Shown here: in pieces, positions 18,279 through 27,767 of the stretch
Position numbering within the stretch: the first letter of the stretch is position 1
Layout of the letters: each line of letters begins with the position of its first letter
DNA from: Puniceicoccales bacterium
GTDB taxonomy: Bacteria > Verrucomicrobiota > Verrucomicrobiia > Opitutales > UBA9783
NCBI GenBank assembly: GCA_031258545.1
Contig: JAIRMU010000018.1
Span: 6,303 to 70,302, forward strand
DNA length: 64,000 nucleotides
Reading direction: 5' to 3'
Program-made: the position numbers and the translations under genes
Notes under the pieces: generated by a model
Seen by the model: only the letters and a program-made list of their open reading frames with translations
Told to the model about the DNA's origin: nothing
The model's database searches: none

Positions 18279-19658
18279 TTAATCTGTTGGGATACAGGTT
18301 TCTAGATGATAGCGGTGACTCCCTTTCAGGAAAAAATATGCACATGGCAATGTTAGCAGAAATGCTTTTACCTCTCGGGTGGTTTTGAATACTTTTATGT
18401 GAGTATTTTGTACATTTTGGGCCAAAAGCCCAGTTTTTATGTCATCCGTAAAGTCGCCAATGAGTACAAAAATATCCTGCGATGTGTGTTGTATCGACTG
18501 GGCAATTTGGCGGTGATAAAATGGGCTCTTGGCGCCAAGTTCTGCCATGGACCCCAGGATATAACAGCGAGGAATATGGGAGGAGACTTCTTGCTGGAAA
18601 TGTTGTAAACTGTCTGCGAACGACAAAGGATTCGCATTGTAGCAATCCACAAAGTAATGTTTATGGTCAATGTGTATCCACTCTCCACGTTGCCGAACCG
18701 GCGTCCATAGATTTAATCGTTGCTGGAGAATATCGGCAGGAATCTTACATTTTATGGCAGCGTGCAGCATGCTGACAAATGTGTAAAGCTGGCCTGTGCC
18801 TACGCGAAAGGGTAACGTAAAAATGTGATGACAAGTGTCGTCGTATAATTGAACTTGCCATCCGTAAGGCATTGCTTGGGCCGTGTAACATAAATGGTGG
18901 ATAGGACTTTTATTTGAAATATGCTGAGGTGTTGCCTGGGTAATGGCATATACTTGACAATCATGCGGTGGCATAAGATACTTTAGCAATGCATCGGGCA
19001 GAAAAATGTTGTTTTTCGAAAATTGAAACAGGGTCATTTTTTCCTTAACCAGTTGCGCAATATCATCGTTAAAATTTCCTATGTGTGCAGGTCCAACGTT
19101 GAGTAAAATGGATGTGTCAGGGCATACCATTTTAGCCAATGTTTCCATTTCATGGGGTTTACCGATGCCAATTTCAATGACCGCCTGTGCGTGCTGATTT
19201 GGATCGATTTGTGTCAGCGATAGGGGAACGCCCAACTGATTATTGAAGTTGTCGGGAGTTTTAAATGTTTTTTCATGGTTTAATAGGAGGGCAAGCAGTT
19301 CTTTGGCCGTTGTTTTTCCACAACTGCCCGTGATGGCAAAGATTTCTGTAGAAAGCGTATTGCGATAACGAAAAGCAATTTGCTGCAGTGCTTGCAGGGT
19401 ATTGGATACGATTAATTGGGGGATGGAGCAGGATACTTTACGTTCCACAATGGCGGCAACAGCGCCCAATTGTTGTGCCTGTTCCACGTAAGCATGTCCA
19501 TCGTTGCAATCTGTTTTAAGGGCAAGAAAACATTCATTCGCCTTGAGTAGGCGTGTATCAAAGCAGAAATTTTGAAGGGTTCCCGTAGGAAGGTGTGTCC
19601 AAGTACCTTGGGTCCACTGGGCCAAATCTATGGGATTAAACCACTTGCAAGCTATCAT
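18279..19658 (-). CDS. murF: UDP-MurNAc-tripeptide--D-Ala-D-Ala ligase MurF
   Basis: Supporting motifs are FAITGSCGKTTAKE, the Mur ligase central domain and DCYNANPLS. I trimmed the start to the Met at 19658 (MIACKWFNPIDLAQW). The track ORF runs to 19811 and would overlap murE by 176 nt. Confidence 0.9.
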   Translation of the reverse strand: MIACKWFNPIDLAQWTQGTWTHLPTGTLQNFCFDTRLLKANECFLALKTDCNDGHAYVEQAQQLGAVAAIVERKVSCSIPQLIVSNTLQALQQIAFRYRNTLSTEIFAITGSCGKTTAKELLALLLNHEKTFKTPDNFNNQLGVPLSLTQIDPNQHAQAVIEIGIGKPHEMETLAKMVCPDTSILLNVGPAHIGNFNDDIAQLVKEKMTLFQFSKNNIFLPDALLKYLMPPHDCQVYAITQATPQHISNKSPIHHLCYTAQAMPYGWQVQLYDDTCHHIFTLPFRVGTGQLYTFVSMLHAAIKCKIPADILQQRLNLWTPVRQRGEWIHIDHKHYFVDCYNANPLSFADSLQHFQQEVSSHIPRCYILGSMAELGAKSPFYHRQIAQSIQHTSQDIFVLIGDFTDDIKTGLLAQNVQNTHIKVFKTTREVKAFLLTLPCAYFFLKGSHRYHLETCIPTD

Positions 19659-21132
19659 TTTGGGATGAGCCGTAAGTTTTAAGAATTGCTCGGTCATCAA
19701 ACGGAAAAAATTGGTGGTTAATTTCTTGATAACATTCGTGTCCTTTTCCCGCGATGAGAAGGCAATCTCCCGATTTACAATTTGCAAATGCTTTGCGAAT
19801 GGCCTCTGCACGGTCTTCGATAAAAGTAACTTTGTCGGGGTATACCAACCCTGTCCTTATGTCATCAAAAATTTGGGATTGAGGTTCCGTCCGCGGATTA
19901 TCGCTCGTCACCCAATTGACATCTGCATAGGTTTCGGCAACACGGGCCATTAAAGGCCGTTTGGTACGATCACGATTGCCACCACATCCAAATACTAAAT
20001 GTATTTTCCCTTGCATTAATGGGCGTAAAGTTTGCAAAACATTTTTGAGCGCTTGAGGTTTATGGGCGTAATCGACGAAGACATCAATGCCATCGTTTTG
20101 AACGCTTAGGATTTTTTCCAAACGTCCTGGAATGGTGGAAAAGGTTTTCAGGGATTCAATGGATTGGGGTAGGTCGTACCCTTGTGCGTAGCAAACGGCT
20201 AAGGCGGCCAAACAATTATAAACGTTGAAGGTACCCAGAAGAGGCGTTTTAATCGTCCATTTCCCTTGTGGGCACACTAAATCAAATTGAGTTCCTTGTG
20301 AATGGACATGCACATTTTTGGCTTGTAAAGTAGCCGATGTATCAATGCCAAAAGTAATTATATTCAATGCATGCGGTAGGTCTTTGAGCAATTTTTGGCC
20401 ATAGAAATCGTCTTGATTGACCACAGCGTGTTTGAGCCCTTTCTGCCAAAACAAAGACTTTTTTACCATAAAATAATTATCCATCGTATTATGGTAATCC
20501 AGGTGTTCCGTACTTAGATTGGTAAAAATGGCGGTGTCAAATTGCAATGCGGCAACCCGTTTTTGTTCGATGCCGTGCGAAGAAACTTCCATGACGGCGT
20601 GTTTCAGTTGAGACTGTACCATCTCCCTCAGGTAAGCGGCAATGCTGAGTGCATCAGGCGTTGTTCTTAGGGCGGGTAAAATTCTTTTTCCAAGGTCGTA
20701 ATGAAGTGTGCCCAGCAATCCCGTACCTTCGCAATGTGCGGTTAACATGTGCTTGAGAAGCCAAGAAGTGGTCGTTTTACCGCTTGTTCCGGTAATCCCC
20801 ATGAGTTGCAATTGCGTATCGGGGTAATTGTAAAATTTGTTTGCGATTTGACCGAGGGCCTGCCGTACATCTTGCACTTGAATTTGGAGAATGTGTCCGA
20901 TATGCGGGATAGGTTGTTCGCAAATACAGGCCACGGCTCCACGCCGATAGGCTTCTTCGATAAAATCGGAACCTTTATACCGTGTTCCCGGAATTGCAAA
21001 GAATAAAGACTCCGGTTGAACCATTTGGCTGTGTATGGCAAGATTCTCAATTTGTGGGTTACCTTTGGGCCCCATGATTTTTATAACTTCAACATTTTTT
21101 AGCAATGTTTTTAGGTCCACGGGTTGTGACAT
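19636..21132 (-). CDS. murE: UDP-MurNAc-L-Ala-D-Glu--2,6-diaminopimelate ligase MurE
   Basis: Motifs are GITGTSGKTTTSWL, EVSSHG, DYAHKPQAL and FGCGGNRDRTKRP. The start could be 21132 (MSQPVDLKTLL) or 21204. Confidence 0.9.
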   Translation of the reverse strand: MSQPVDLKTLLKNVEVIKIMGPKGNPQIENLAIHSQMVQPESLFFAIPGTRYKGSDFIEEAYRRGAVACICEQPIPHIGHILQIQVQDVRQALGQIANKFYNYPDTQLQLMGITGTSGKTTTSWLLKHMLTAHCEGTGLLGTLHYDLGKRILPALRTTPDALSIAAYLREMVQSQLKHAVMEVSSHGIEQKRVAALQFDTAIFTNLSTEHLDYHNTMDNYFMVKKSLFWQKGLKHAVVNQDDFYGQKLLKDLPHALNIITFGIDTSATLQAKNVHVHSQGTQFDLVCPQGKWTIKTPLLGTFNVYNCLAALAVCYAQGYDLPQSIESLKTFSTIPGRLEKILSVQNDGIDVFVDYAHKPQALKNVLQTLRPLMQGKIHLVFGCGGNRDRTKRPLMARVAETYADVNWVTSDNPRTEPQSQIFDDIRTGLVYPDKVTFIEDRAEAIRKAFANCKSGDCLLIAGKGHECYQEINHQFFPFDDRAILKTYGSSQNDSLQVV

Positions 21133-21209
21133 AAATTTGAGTAAGGGAAATGTAACGATGGGATGGGTAATGTAAACGGAAGAGAGTGGGTAAGTGTTAA
21201 ACATACGAT

Positions 21210-22904
21210 TTACGAAATATGAGGTTCGGGCGGGATTCCCAAGTAGGCAATGATACCTTCGGCAATTTCTTTGAAAATGGGAGAGGCGATTTGTGCACCG
21301 TAGGCGGTACCTTGACTTTGTGGACTATCGACGGTGATGGTGATTTGTATTTGTGGATTTTGACTGGGGAAAAATCCAGATATGGAGGAGACGTGTTGGG
21401 TGTGTGAGTATTTGCCATCGGTAATTTTCTGCGAAGTTCCCGTTTTCCCTGCCACAAAGTAGTGAGGGATATAGGCTTTTGAAGATGTTGTATGGGTGAG
21501 CAATTGTCGCATTTTTTTAGCGGTTTGTTCCTGGATAACTTGTCTGCGTACAACGGGCGAGAACGTCCGCATGATCTCTCCATTGGAATCGTAAATGCGT
21601 TTGACAAGTTGCGGGTACATGAGTTTGCCATCATTGGCGATAACGCCCATGGCATAGTGCATTTGGATGAGAGAGCATGCGAGTGCGTGTCCGATGGGAA
21701 GGCGGGTTATGGTAAGTCCGTCCCATCGATGGGGTGGATGCAATATACCTCGGGTTTCTCCCGCAAATCCCGATTTTGTTGATTCGCCAAATCCGAAACG
21801 TTGCCCGTAATCAAATAGTTTGTCCGCACCCAATTTAAAGGCAATTTGTACGATGCCACGATTGCTTGAATGGGCTAAAATATCGGCAACAGACATGCGT
21901 TGATTGAAAGGTCTCCAATCTTTGGGCAAAGGTAACATTTTTCCCTTGTATTCGGCGGTTTGTAATCCGCAGTCAAATAGGTCAGTTTCCTGCACGCTGT
22001 GGGTATCCAATGCGGCGCTGACGGTGATGGCCTTAAATACAGAACCGGGTTCGTAAACGTCCGATACAACCTTATTTTTTAAATTTTCTGGCGGGTAGCG
22101 TCCGTAATGGTTCGGGTCAAATCCCGGGTAAACGACCAGTGCCAAAATTTCGCCGGACCTGGGCCTTGTAACCAAAGCTTGGATGGATTTTGGATGATAT
22201 TTTTCATCAGCCTTTTCTAGAATCTGTGCCACCAGCGCTTGAATTTTTGTATCGAGCGTAATTTCTATGTTGTGGCCGTGTTGTGGGGCAATGGCGTGCG
22301 TACGAAATTGTACCAATTCATTGCGTTTGCCATCCACTTCGAGTCGATTTTCGCCCGCTTGCCCGTTGAGATAGAAATGCATGGAACGTTCAATCCCGCA
22401 AACGGGCTGGCCTTCGCGATCAACAAAACCGATAATGTGTCCCAAAGAATGCGTATCGAAGTAAATGCGCAAATTTTTTGCATTTCCGTAAACACCTTTT
22501 ATTTGCAGTGCGCAAATTTTTTGATAAACGGTTTCGGGAACGTTGTCTCTGATTTTTTTCCAACGACATGGAGTATTGAAATTCCAGATGGACTCCAAGT
22601 GAGGGAGGGAGACTTTCAATAACTTTGCCAGCGGTGTGAGTTGAAATAAATCTTTTTCCTGCACCTGGGTTAGGTCAACGCCCACTTCGTAAACACGCCG
22701 ATTACTGGCCAAACATTGGCCGGTGCTGTCGAAGATTTTTCCCCGTTGTGCATTTAAAACGTGCGTACGTTGGCGAGCTTGTAGGGTATTTTGGTAGGCA
22801 TTTCTATGTTGGTATAAATGTAGGGTACGTGCACCCAAAACGAGGAATCCAAATGCGAATGTACTTGGCAGTAGGAGGTAGCGTTTTGAGCACAGAGGTA
22901 ACAT
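21210..22904 (-). CDS. ftsI: Peptidoglycan D,D-transpeptidase FtsI (class B PBP)
   Basis: It has an N-terminal TM segment and a dimerisation domain. The transpeptidase motifs are GSVFK (SxxK), HSSN (SxN) and GKTGT (KTG). Confidence 0.9.
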   Translation of the reverse strand: MLPLCSKRYLLLPSTFAFGFLVLGARTLHLYQHRNAYQNTLQARQRTHVLNAQRGKIFDSTGQCLASNRRVYEVGVDLTQVQEKDLFQLTPLAKLLKVSLPHLESIWNFNTPCRWKKIRDNVPETVYQKICALQIKGVYGNAKNLRIYFDTHSLGHIIGFVDREGQPVCGIERSMHFYLNGQAGENRLEVDGKRNELVQFRTHAIAPQHGHNIEITLDTKIQALVAQILEKADEKYHPKSIQALVTRPRSGEILALVVYPGFDPNHYGRYPPENLKNKVVSDVYEPGSVFKAITVSAALDTHSVQETDLFDCGLQTAEYKGKMLPLPKDWRPFNQRMSVADILAHSSNRGIVQIAFKLGADKLFDYGQRFGFGESTKSGFAGETRGILHPPHRWDGLTITRLPIGHALACSLIQMHYAMGVIANDGKLMYPQLVKRIYDSNGEIMRTFSPVVRRQVIQEQTAKKMRQLLTHTTSSKAYIPHYFVAGKTGTSQKITDGKYSHTQHVSSISGFFPSQNPQIQITITVDSPQSQGTAYGAQIASPIFKEIAEGIIAYLGIPPEPHIS

Positions 22905-23215
22905 TATTTAGCTGCAATGTGCGGGAGATTTGAAGGATTTACTTGTGGCTGAGCCCAAATCGTTTGCCGGTGGGAGGGCTGTTGCAGATGTTGGCAATGT
23001 CGCTTCAAATAATCTGTTGATTGGATTTGGGATATGCGTAAATCCGTTTGCTGTATTTCTTGACCTAGCAGCGATAATTCTTTTTCCAAATGTTTTCCGT
23101 AAGAAGCTTGCAAGTAAACTTGCTGTCGCATCCACAGGAGTCCGAAGGCTCCCGTAATGGTTAGACTGAGTGCGAAAATTAAACAACAGGCACATTTTGA
23201 GGGGATGATTTTCAT
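22904..23215 (-). CDS. ftsL: FtsL-like bitopic cell-division protein
   Basis: At 103 aa it has one TM helix (CCLIFALSLTITGAFGLLW) followed by a short coiled coil. It sits between rsmH and ftsI and overlaps both (ATGA and TAATG). Confidence 0.55.
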   Translation of the reverse strand: MKIIPSKCACCLIFALSLTITGAFGLLWMRQQVYLQASYGKHLEKELSLLGQEIQQTDLRISQIQSTDYLKRHCQHLQQPSHRQTIWAQPQVNPSNLPHIAAK

Positions 23216-24132
23216 AAATTTTTTTGAATAGCACGGAGTTTGGCCGAACGTGACCGCGGGTTGGAACTAATTTCATTGTCGTCGGCAACAATGGGTTTTT
23301 TAAACATTAGGGATGCTTGCGCTTGTTTGAACTGTCGCGGTTCTGCATCGAGGCAATGGAGACTTTTGCCGCATTTTTCGTTAAAAAATTGTTTCACAAT
23401 ACGATCTTCGAGGGAATGAAAGGTAATAACGGCCAAAATTCCACCTGGATTCAGGCAGTCAAAGGCTTGCGTTAGCCCATCTTGTAAATGATCCAGCTCT
23501 TGGTTGACGTAGATGCGTATTCCTTGGAAGACGCGGGTTGCAGGATGTATGCCCGGTTTTTTGGACCGCCGTAACGTCGTATGCTCGAGTAAAAAATGGA
23601 CAAGATCGAAGGTTGTTTCCAAGGATATTGAATGGCGCAGCGAGAGGATTTGTTTTACGACGGAGCGCCATTGGGGCTCTTCTCCAAAATCGCGAATGGC
23701 CTTAATCAACTCCTGTTCGCTACCGGTTTCCAAAAAAACTTTTGCCGATATACCTTCGCGGGAATTCATGCGCATGTCCAAAGGACCGTCCTGTTGAAAG
23801 GAAAAGCCGCGTTGTGCCTGATCGAGTTGGAATGAAGAGACCCCTAAGTCCATTAGAACACCGTCAAACTGCAGGCAAAACAGATTGAGGTATGAAAAAT
23901 TACAGTGGAAGAATTGAAACCTGTGTTGGAATGTGGGTCGAATATCCTTGGTGCGCGACATTGCGTCCAGATCCGTGTCTAAACCGATAATGTGGATATG
24001 TTTGTTTTGTTCCAATAGTGCCCTCGTGTGTCCACCGCCTCCACATGTGGCGTCTAGGATGGTTCCATTAACGTCTTTGAAACAACGTAGGACTGCATCT
24101 TTGAGCACCGGAATGTGTTTTAATTCATTCAT
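23212..24132 (-). CDS. rsmH: 16S rRNA (cytosine1402-N4)-methyltransferase RsmH
   Basis: Motifs are HIPVL, DATCGGGGHT, DLGVSSFQLD and ITFHSLEDR. Confidence 0.95.
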   Translation of the reverse strand: MNELKHIPVLKDAVLRCFKDVNGTILDATCGGGGHTRALLEQNKHIHIIGLDTDLDAMSRTKDIRPTFQHRFQFFHCNFSYLNLFCLQFDGVLMDLGVSSFQLDQAQRGFSFQQDGPLDMRMNSREGISAKVFLETGSEQELIKAIRDFGEEPQWRSVVKQILSLRHSISLETTFDLVHFLLEHTTLRRSKKPGIHPATRVFQGIRIYVNQELDHLQDGLTQAFDCLNPGGILAVITFHSLEDRIVKQFFNEKCGKSLHCLDAEPRQFKQAQASLMFKKPIVADDNEISSNPRSRSAKLRAIQKNL

Positions 24133-24136
24133 CCTG

Positions 24137-24592
24137 CTATAATCCCAATGTTTTTAAAAGTTGGCTCATCTCGTTCTCGTCTTCGAGGGGCGAAGCCAGG
24201 TATTGCGTGTAGGCTTCGGATTCCCAGATGTTAAAGGTGGCGTAACTACCCACCAGCAATGCATTTTTAGCTATACCCGCATGCCGAATAAGTTTTTCCG
24301 AAAGAATAATACGTCCTTGTTTGTCGCATCCGAATGTGTCTGCTTGGGAAAATAATTTTGCCAGCACTTTTTGGCCACGCGTGTCGCCCAAACTGACGGC
24401 CGATACTTTTTCTTCCAGCCTTTCGATCATTTTTGGCGGATAGATGGTGATGCAGCCCAATGGATTTGGAAGAGCCAGATAAACGTCTTCTTGATCGCCG
24501 GAAAATCGCCACTTTGAAGGTATACACAGGCGATTTTTTGCATCCAATTGATGCAAGAATTCACCTACGAATACACTTTTGCCGACAACCAT
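24137..24592 (-). CDS. mraZ: Division/cell-wall cluster transcriptional regulator MraZ
   Basis: Two SpoVT/AbrB-like halves each carry a D.K.R motif (LDAKNRLCIPSKWR and CDKQGRIILSEKL). It is the first gene of the dcw cluster. Confidence 0.9.
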   Translation of the reverse strand: MVVGKSVFVGEFLHQLDAKNRLCIPSKWRFSGDQEDVYLALPNPLGCITIYPPKMIERLEEKVSAVSLGDTRGQKVLAKLFSQADTFGCDKQGRIILSEKLIRHAGIAKNALLVGSYATFNIWESEAYTQYLASPLEDENEMSQLLKTLGL

Positions 24593-24599
24593 GCCTTTG

Positions 24600-24637
24600 C
24601 CCCCACTTTACTCCATTAGGCCCCATTTTGTCCCACA
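24600..24637 (-). promoter_or_regulatory. Candidate MraZ operator: four direct GTGGG/ATGGG/ATGGA/GTGGG boxes at exact 10-nt phasing
   Basis: The plus strand shows cccac (24602-06), tccat (24612-16), cccat (24622-26) and cccac (24632-36). On the mraZ strand these read GTGGG-N5-ATGGG-N5-ATGGA-N5-GTGGG and end 9 nt before the ATG. Confidence 0.45.
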
Positions 24638-24946
24638 AGTCAACAAAATTTTGTGATTTACAATTATTTTTATGCGGTAAAAATTTGTGCCCTAGTTTTT
24701 TTCCAAAAAGTGGTTAGGTTGTACTTTTTTGAGGGGTGATCATGACTTGCACCAATGTGTATTTGCCGAACTTAACGGTGTCTGCACTACACTACATTTG
24801 AATACCTGGCGGGTACAAATAATGCGGTGTGGAGGTGGAGTTTTTTATAAGTATTAAAAAACAACTGCAATGCGTTTACCATCATCGACGATGTTTTGCG
24901 GCAAAATTTTATTGCAGGCGCTCGTGTGAGCCCTTAAACTTTTTCC

Positions 24947-27661
24947 ATGGGTTCGCAATGTAAGATGAAACAAAAAGAGTGTGGAAATAGTTTTTTTGCT
25001 TCCATTATATTCATATTCATCTTAGCAGGGACTTTGAGAATCTGTTGCAACACGACGATGCATGAAGCCCGATTAAGTGCCATTTTTGTTCAGGAAACGC
25101 AGGGGTACTATCTCATGGAAAATGCAATGCACTTGGTGCGTGATTACGCGTATCAGTTGACGCAGAATCCCAAGATGCCAAATATTTTTCTGGGTGTTGA
25201 TGCCTACAAACGTAAGACAAATAGCGGTGTGATTAATTTTAATACATCTTTTAGCAAAGTGCAAATTGCGCCTGCAGATTTTTCATTGCAACCGGGGACA
25301 TGGGCAATTTTTGGAGGTCCTATCTTTTGGCAGGATAAAAAGAAAGATGCGAACGACGAACGTTACTTATCCGAAGTATTTATGCTGCTTGATTTAGGCA
25401 TTGTTTCCAATTTTGTTCCCAGTTGGACCATGCGTATGGTTCAATTAATGGAAATTGAACGCAATCCACTGTGCGACTTTCAACTATACTCCGAAGGTGA
25501 CACGGCTTATAATGGCAATCTTGATGGCTCGGTTACGTTTCATGGTCCTATCCAAATTAACGGTAATTTTCGTATATCCAGATATACTGGCAAAGGATCG
25601 TCTTCAACATATTTTTTCAATAGATTCAACATGGCGGGGCATTTGTTGCGCGTTAAGCAGAATGGAGAATCCTATGCATCGATATCTATTCCTTCTAAAT
25701 ACAGCCTTTATGACAACAGTGTGTTTTATAACAGCTACACGAACCCCTACAGCAGTGGTGCAAATAATGTTTACTTGCAAGACTATAGAATTGGATCCAG
25801 TCAAAGCAACAATCATGGTGTTGCAGTAAGTACCAATTACTACAGTAACGTAACCAATACTTTTGATAAGGATTGTATTCTGTCATGGTGGAAGGGTAAT
25901 GTAATCACCCGCGGAAGAATTTACAGGCCTACGGGCTTTGATCCCATTGCCTATTCGGGATGGTGGTATCCCAATTATACATCCGTTGCTTCCGCAACGT
26001 ATGAGCATGCGGTCGATCTATGTGCCGGTTTGTATAATTTATGTAATATTGAAAATGTGGTAGGTGCGTGTGCCTATAATGGCACAAATATCAGTAGAGT
26101 TCGATTGGCATTTTCCTCGTTGCGTGGATTAACGAATCAGCAAATTACCGAAAAAGCGCGTCTGATAGAAGCGCAAAAACCTTGTCGCTTTCCCAGGCTC
26201 ACGATAGATGTTTTTATTAAACAGTCAACCCAAACGCTTAATTTTACACCCACCATCAATTTCCCCTACGTCACCTATTCCACGGCACATTTTCCCGCCA
26301 CCAAAGACAATCTTTACGTAAAAACCTACCTAAACTTTGTGGATCCCTATAATGCCAGTTCTCTCAATAATCTGATTGATTCAGTGAGTTTATGGAAAGG
26401 CTCTCCCTCAAGTACCCGTTATTACTATTTTGCAGATAATGACACACCAAACAGTGCCACATTTAATGTTGAAAGCGACAAGGTCTTCATGCAAATGTAT
26501 AATAATAAATTGACGGTTTGTGGCATTGCTGCTTCAAATCTTACCGGGGATTCTTTTATAAAACTAAAAACGGAAACGGCGGGGACCGTTTCGGACACTT
26601 CTGCACCGCCTACAAAACTGATTGATTACGGTAGTTATTGGCAACCAGAAAGTTTCGACAATAAGATTGCCAGAGTGTATATCCCATCACATTACAATTT
26701 TATCTACGATCGTAATAGGGCCAAATGGATTCAGTTGCTGGATTTTGATATGGCGGCTTTCATAACATCTCTCAACAGCGGTTCTCCCATGACGCTGGCA
26801 AGTTTTCAGAATGATGTTAACAGTACGCTCCTTTTTCATCGGTATTGGTTAGGCAAACGCAATGGCGATAATTACAAGGCCCCTGCGACTACTTCAAATG
26901 ATATTCGTACAAACTACATAGCATCTAGAACTACCTTTTTGAATTCGTATAACAATGGATCTTACGTATATCCGTCGTCTCTGTCACCGGTACTCGATTT
27001 TGGGATTCGTATCATTAATGCCAGCGCCTTACCAGCCGGTGGATTAAGTATCGTGTGTCCATTTCCGCTGTACATAAAAGGAACCTTTAATACAACGAAT
27101 ACGCAGCCCAAAGCTTTTATCGTAGCGGATTCTCTTACCCTGTTGAGTAATGATTGGCAAGATTGGTCAAGCGGTGCGGATGTTAGCAATACTTACTTAC
27201 GTGCGACTACAAGTTCTTCATCTCATATTTATGCACACATCATGACGGGAACAACGCATCCCGATTTTTGGCTGAAAGACAATGGAAATGTATTAAATCC
27301 CGATCTAGGAATTCACGGCGCATTTAGATCTTTGGAAGATATTAATAATATGGTTAATTTTCAAGGCTCATTGATGCTTCCCTACTACTGCAAAATGCAG
27401 TGGGAACCTCCCATCAATTTTTGTGATTACGGTCGAACACCACATTCATATGCTCCAATTGATATAAACTTCATGGATTCTCGATCCATGCGTCCTACGG
27501 CATGCATGCCATTTTATCACCGCATCAATCGTGGGCGGAAAACGCAAACCATCGGTGACGCTACCTACAACGTTTTGAAAAATATTTACAATGCGGATAC
27601 CACCAGTACAAGCTATACCATGACCACTTACACCAACGCATTACCCAATTATTTGAAATAA
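24947..27661 (+). CDS. Large exported protein with PilX/GspK-like N-terminal anchor; Asn/Ser/Thr/Tyr-rich (possible giant minor pilin or adhesin)
   Basis: The N-terminus reads KQKECGNSFFASIIFIFILAGTL...HEARLSAIFVQETQGYYLMENAMHLV. This matches the PilX_N/GspK pattern of a Gly, a hydrophobic helix without Glu+5, then e.rl....qA.y.aE. The remaining ~830 aa have no motif I recognise. The start could be 24947 or 24965. Confidence 0.4.
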   Translation: MGSQCKMKQKECGNSFFASIIFIFILAGTLRICCNTTMHEARLSAIFVQETQGYYLMENAMHLVRDYAYQLTQNPKMPNIFLGVDAYKRKTNSGVINFNTSFSKVQIAPADFSLQPGTWAIFGGPIFWQDKKKDANDERYLSEVFMLLDLGIVSNFVPSWTMRMVQLMEIERNPLCDFQLYSEGDTAYNGNLDGSVTFHGPIQINGNFRISRYTGKGSSSTYFFNRFNMAGHLLRVKQNGESYASISIPSKYSLYDNSVFYNSYTNPYSSGANNVYLQDYRIGSSQSNNHGVAVSTNYYSNVTNTFDKDCILSWWKGNVITRGRIYRPTGFDPIAYSGWWYPNYTSVASATYEHAVDLCAGLYNLCNIENVVGACAYNGTNISRVRLAFSSLRGLTNQQITEKARLIEAQKPCRFPRLTIDVFIKQSTQTLNFTPTINFPYVTYSTAHFPATKDNLYVKTYLNFVDPYNASSLNNLIDSVSLWKGSPSSTRYYYFADNDTPNSATFNVESDKVFMQMYNNKLTVCGIAASNLTGDSFIKLKTETAGTVSDTSAPPTKLIDYGSYWQPESFDNKIARVYIPSHYNFIYDRNRAKWIQLLDFDMAAFITSLNSGSPMTLASFQNDVNSTLLFHRYWLGKRNGDNYKAPATTSNDIRTNYIASRTTFLNSYNNGSYVYPSSLSPVLDFGIRIINASALPAGGLSIVCPFPLYIKGTFNTTNTQPKAFIVADSLTLLSNDWQDWSSGADVSNTYLRATTSSSSHIYAHIMTGTTHPDFWLKDNGNVLNPDLGIHGAFRSLEDINNMVNFQGSLMLPYYCKMQWEPPINFCDYGRTPHSYAPIDINFMDSRSMRPTACMPFYHRINRGRKTQTIGDATYNVLKNIYNADTTSTSYTMTTYTNALPNYLK

Positions 27662-27767
27662 AGATGCATCGCCATTATTGCGTTTGGGTAACAAATAATT
27701 TATTAAAAAAGTATTGCATTAGAATATAAAAACTGAGAAAACCTTTCCATTGCGTCAACCCCCAATT

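Noticed and set aside
19659-19811. Apparent 176-nt overlap between murE and murF in the ORF track.
   Set aside because: This is an artefact of calling the longest ORF. The MurF homology begins near the Met at 19658, which leaves a 23-nt overlap. Similar N-terminal over-extensions were trimmed for nusB, nth, rlmN, lptF/G, lolC/E, the DUF502 gene, the STAS gene and PFOR.
22908-23291. 127-aa ORF in an alternative frame across ftsL and the 3' end of rsmH.
   Set aside because: It competes with the ftsL-like ORF, which has the expected TM plus coiled-coil and the start/stop coupling to rsmH and ftsI. Its translation is Arg/Ser/Thr-rich without structure.
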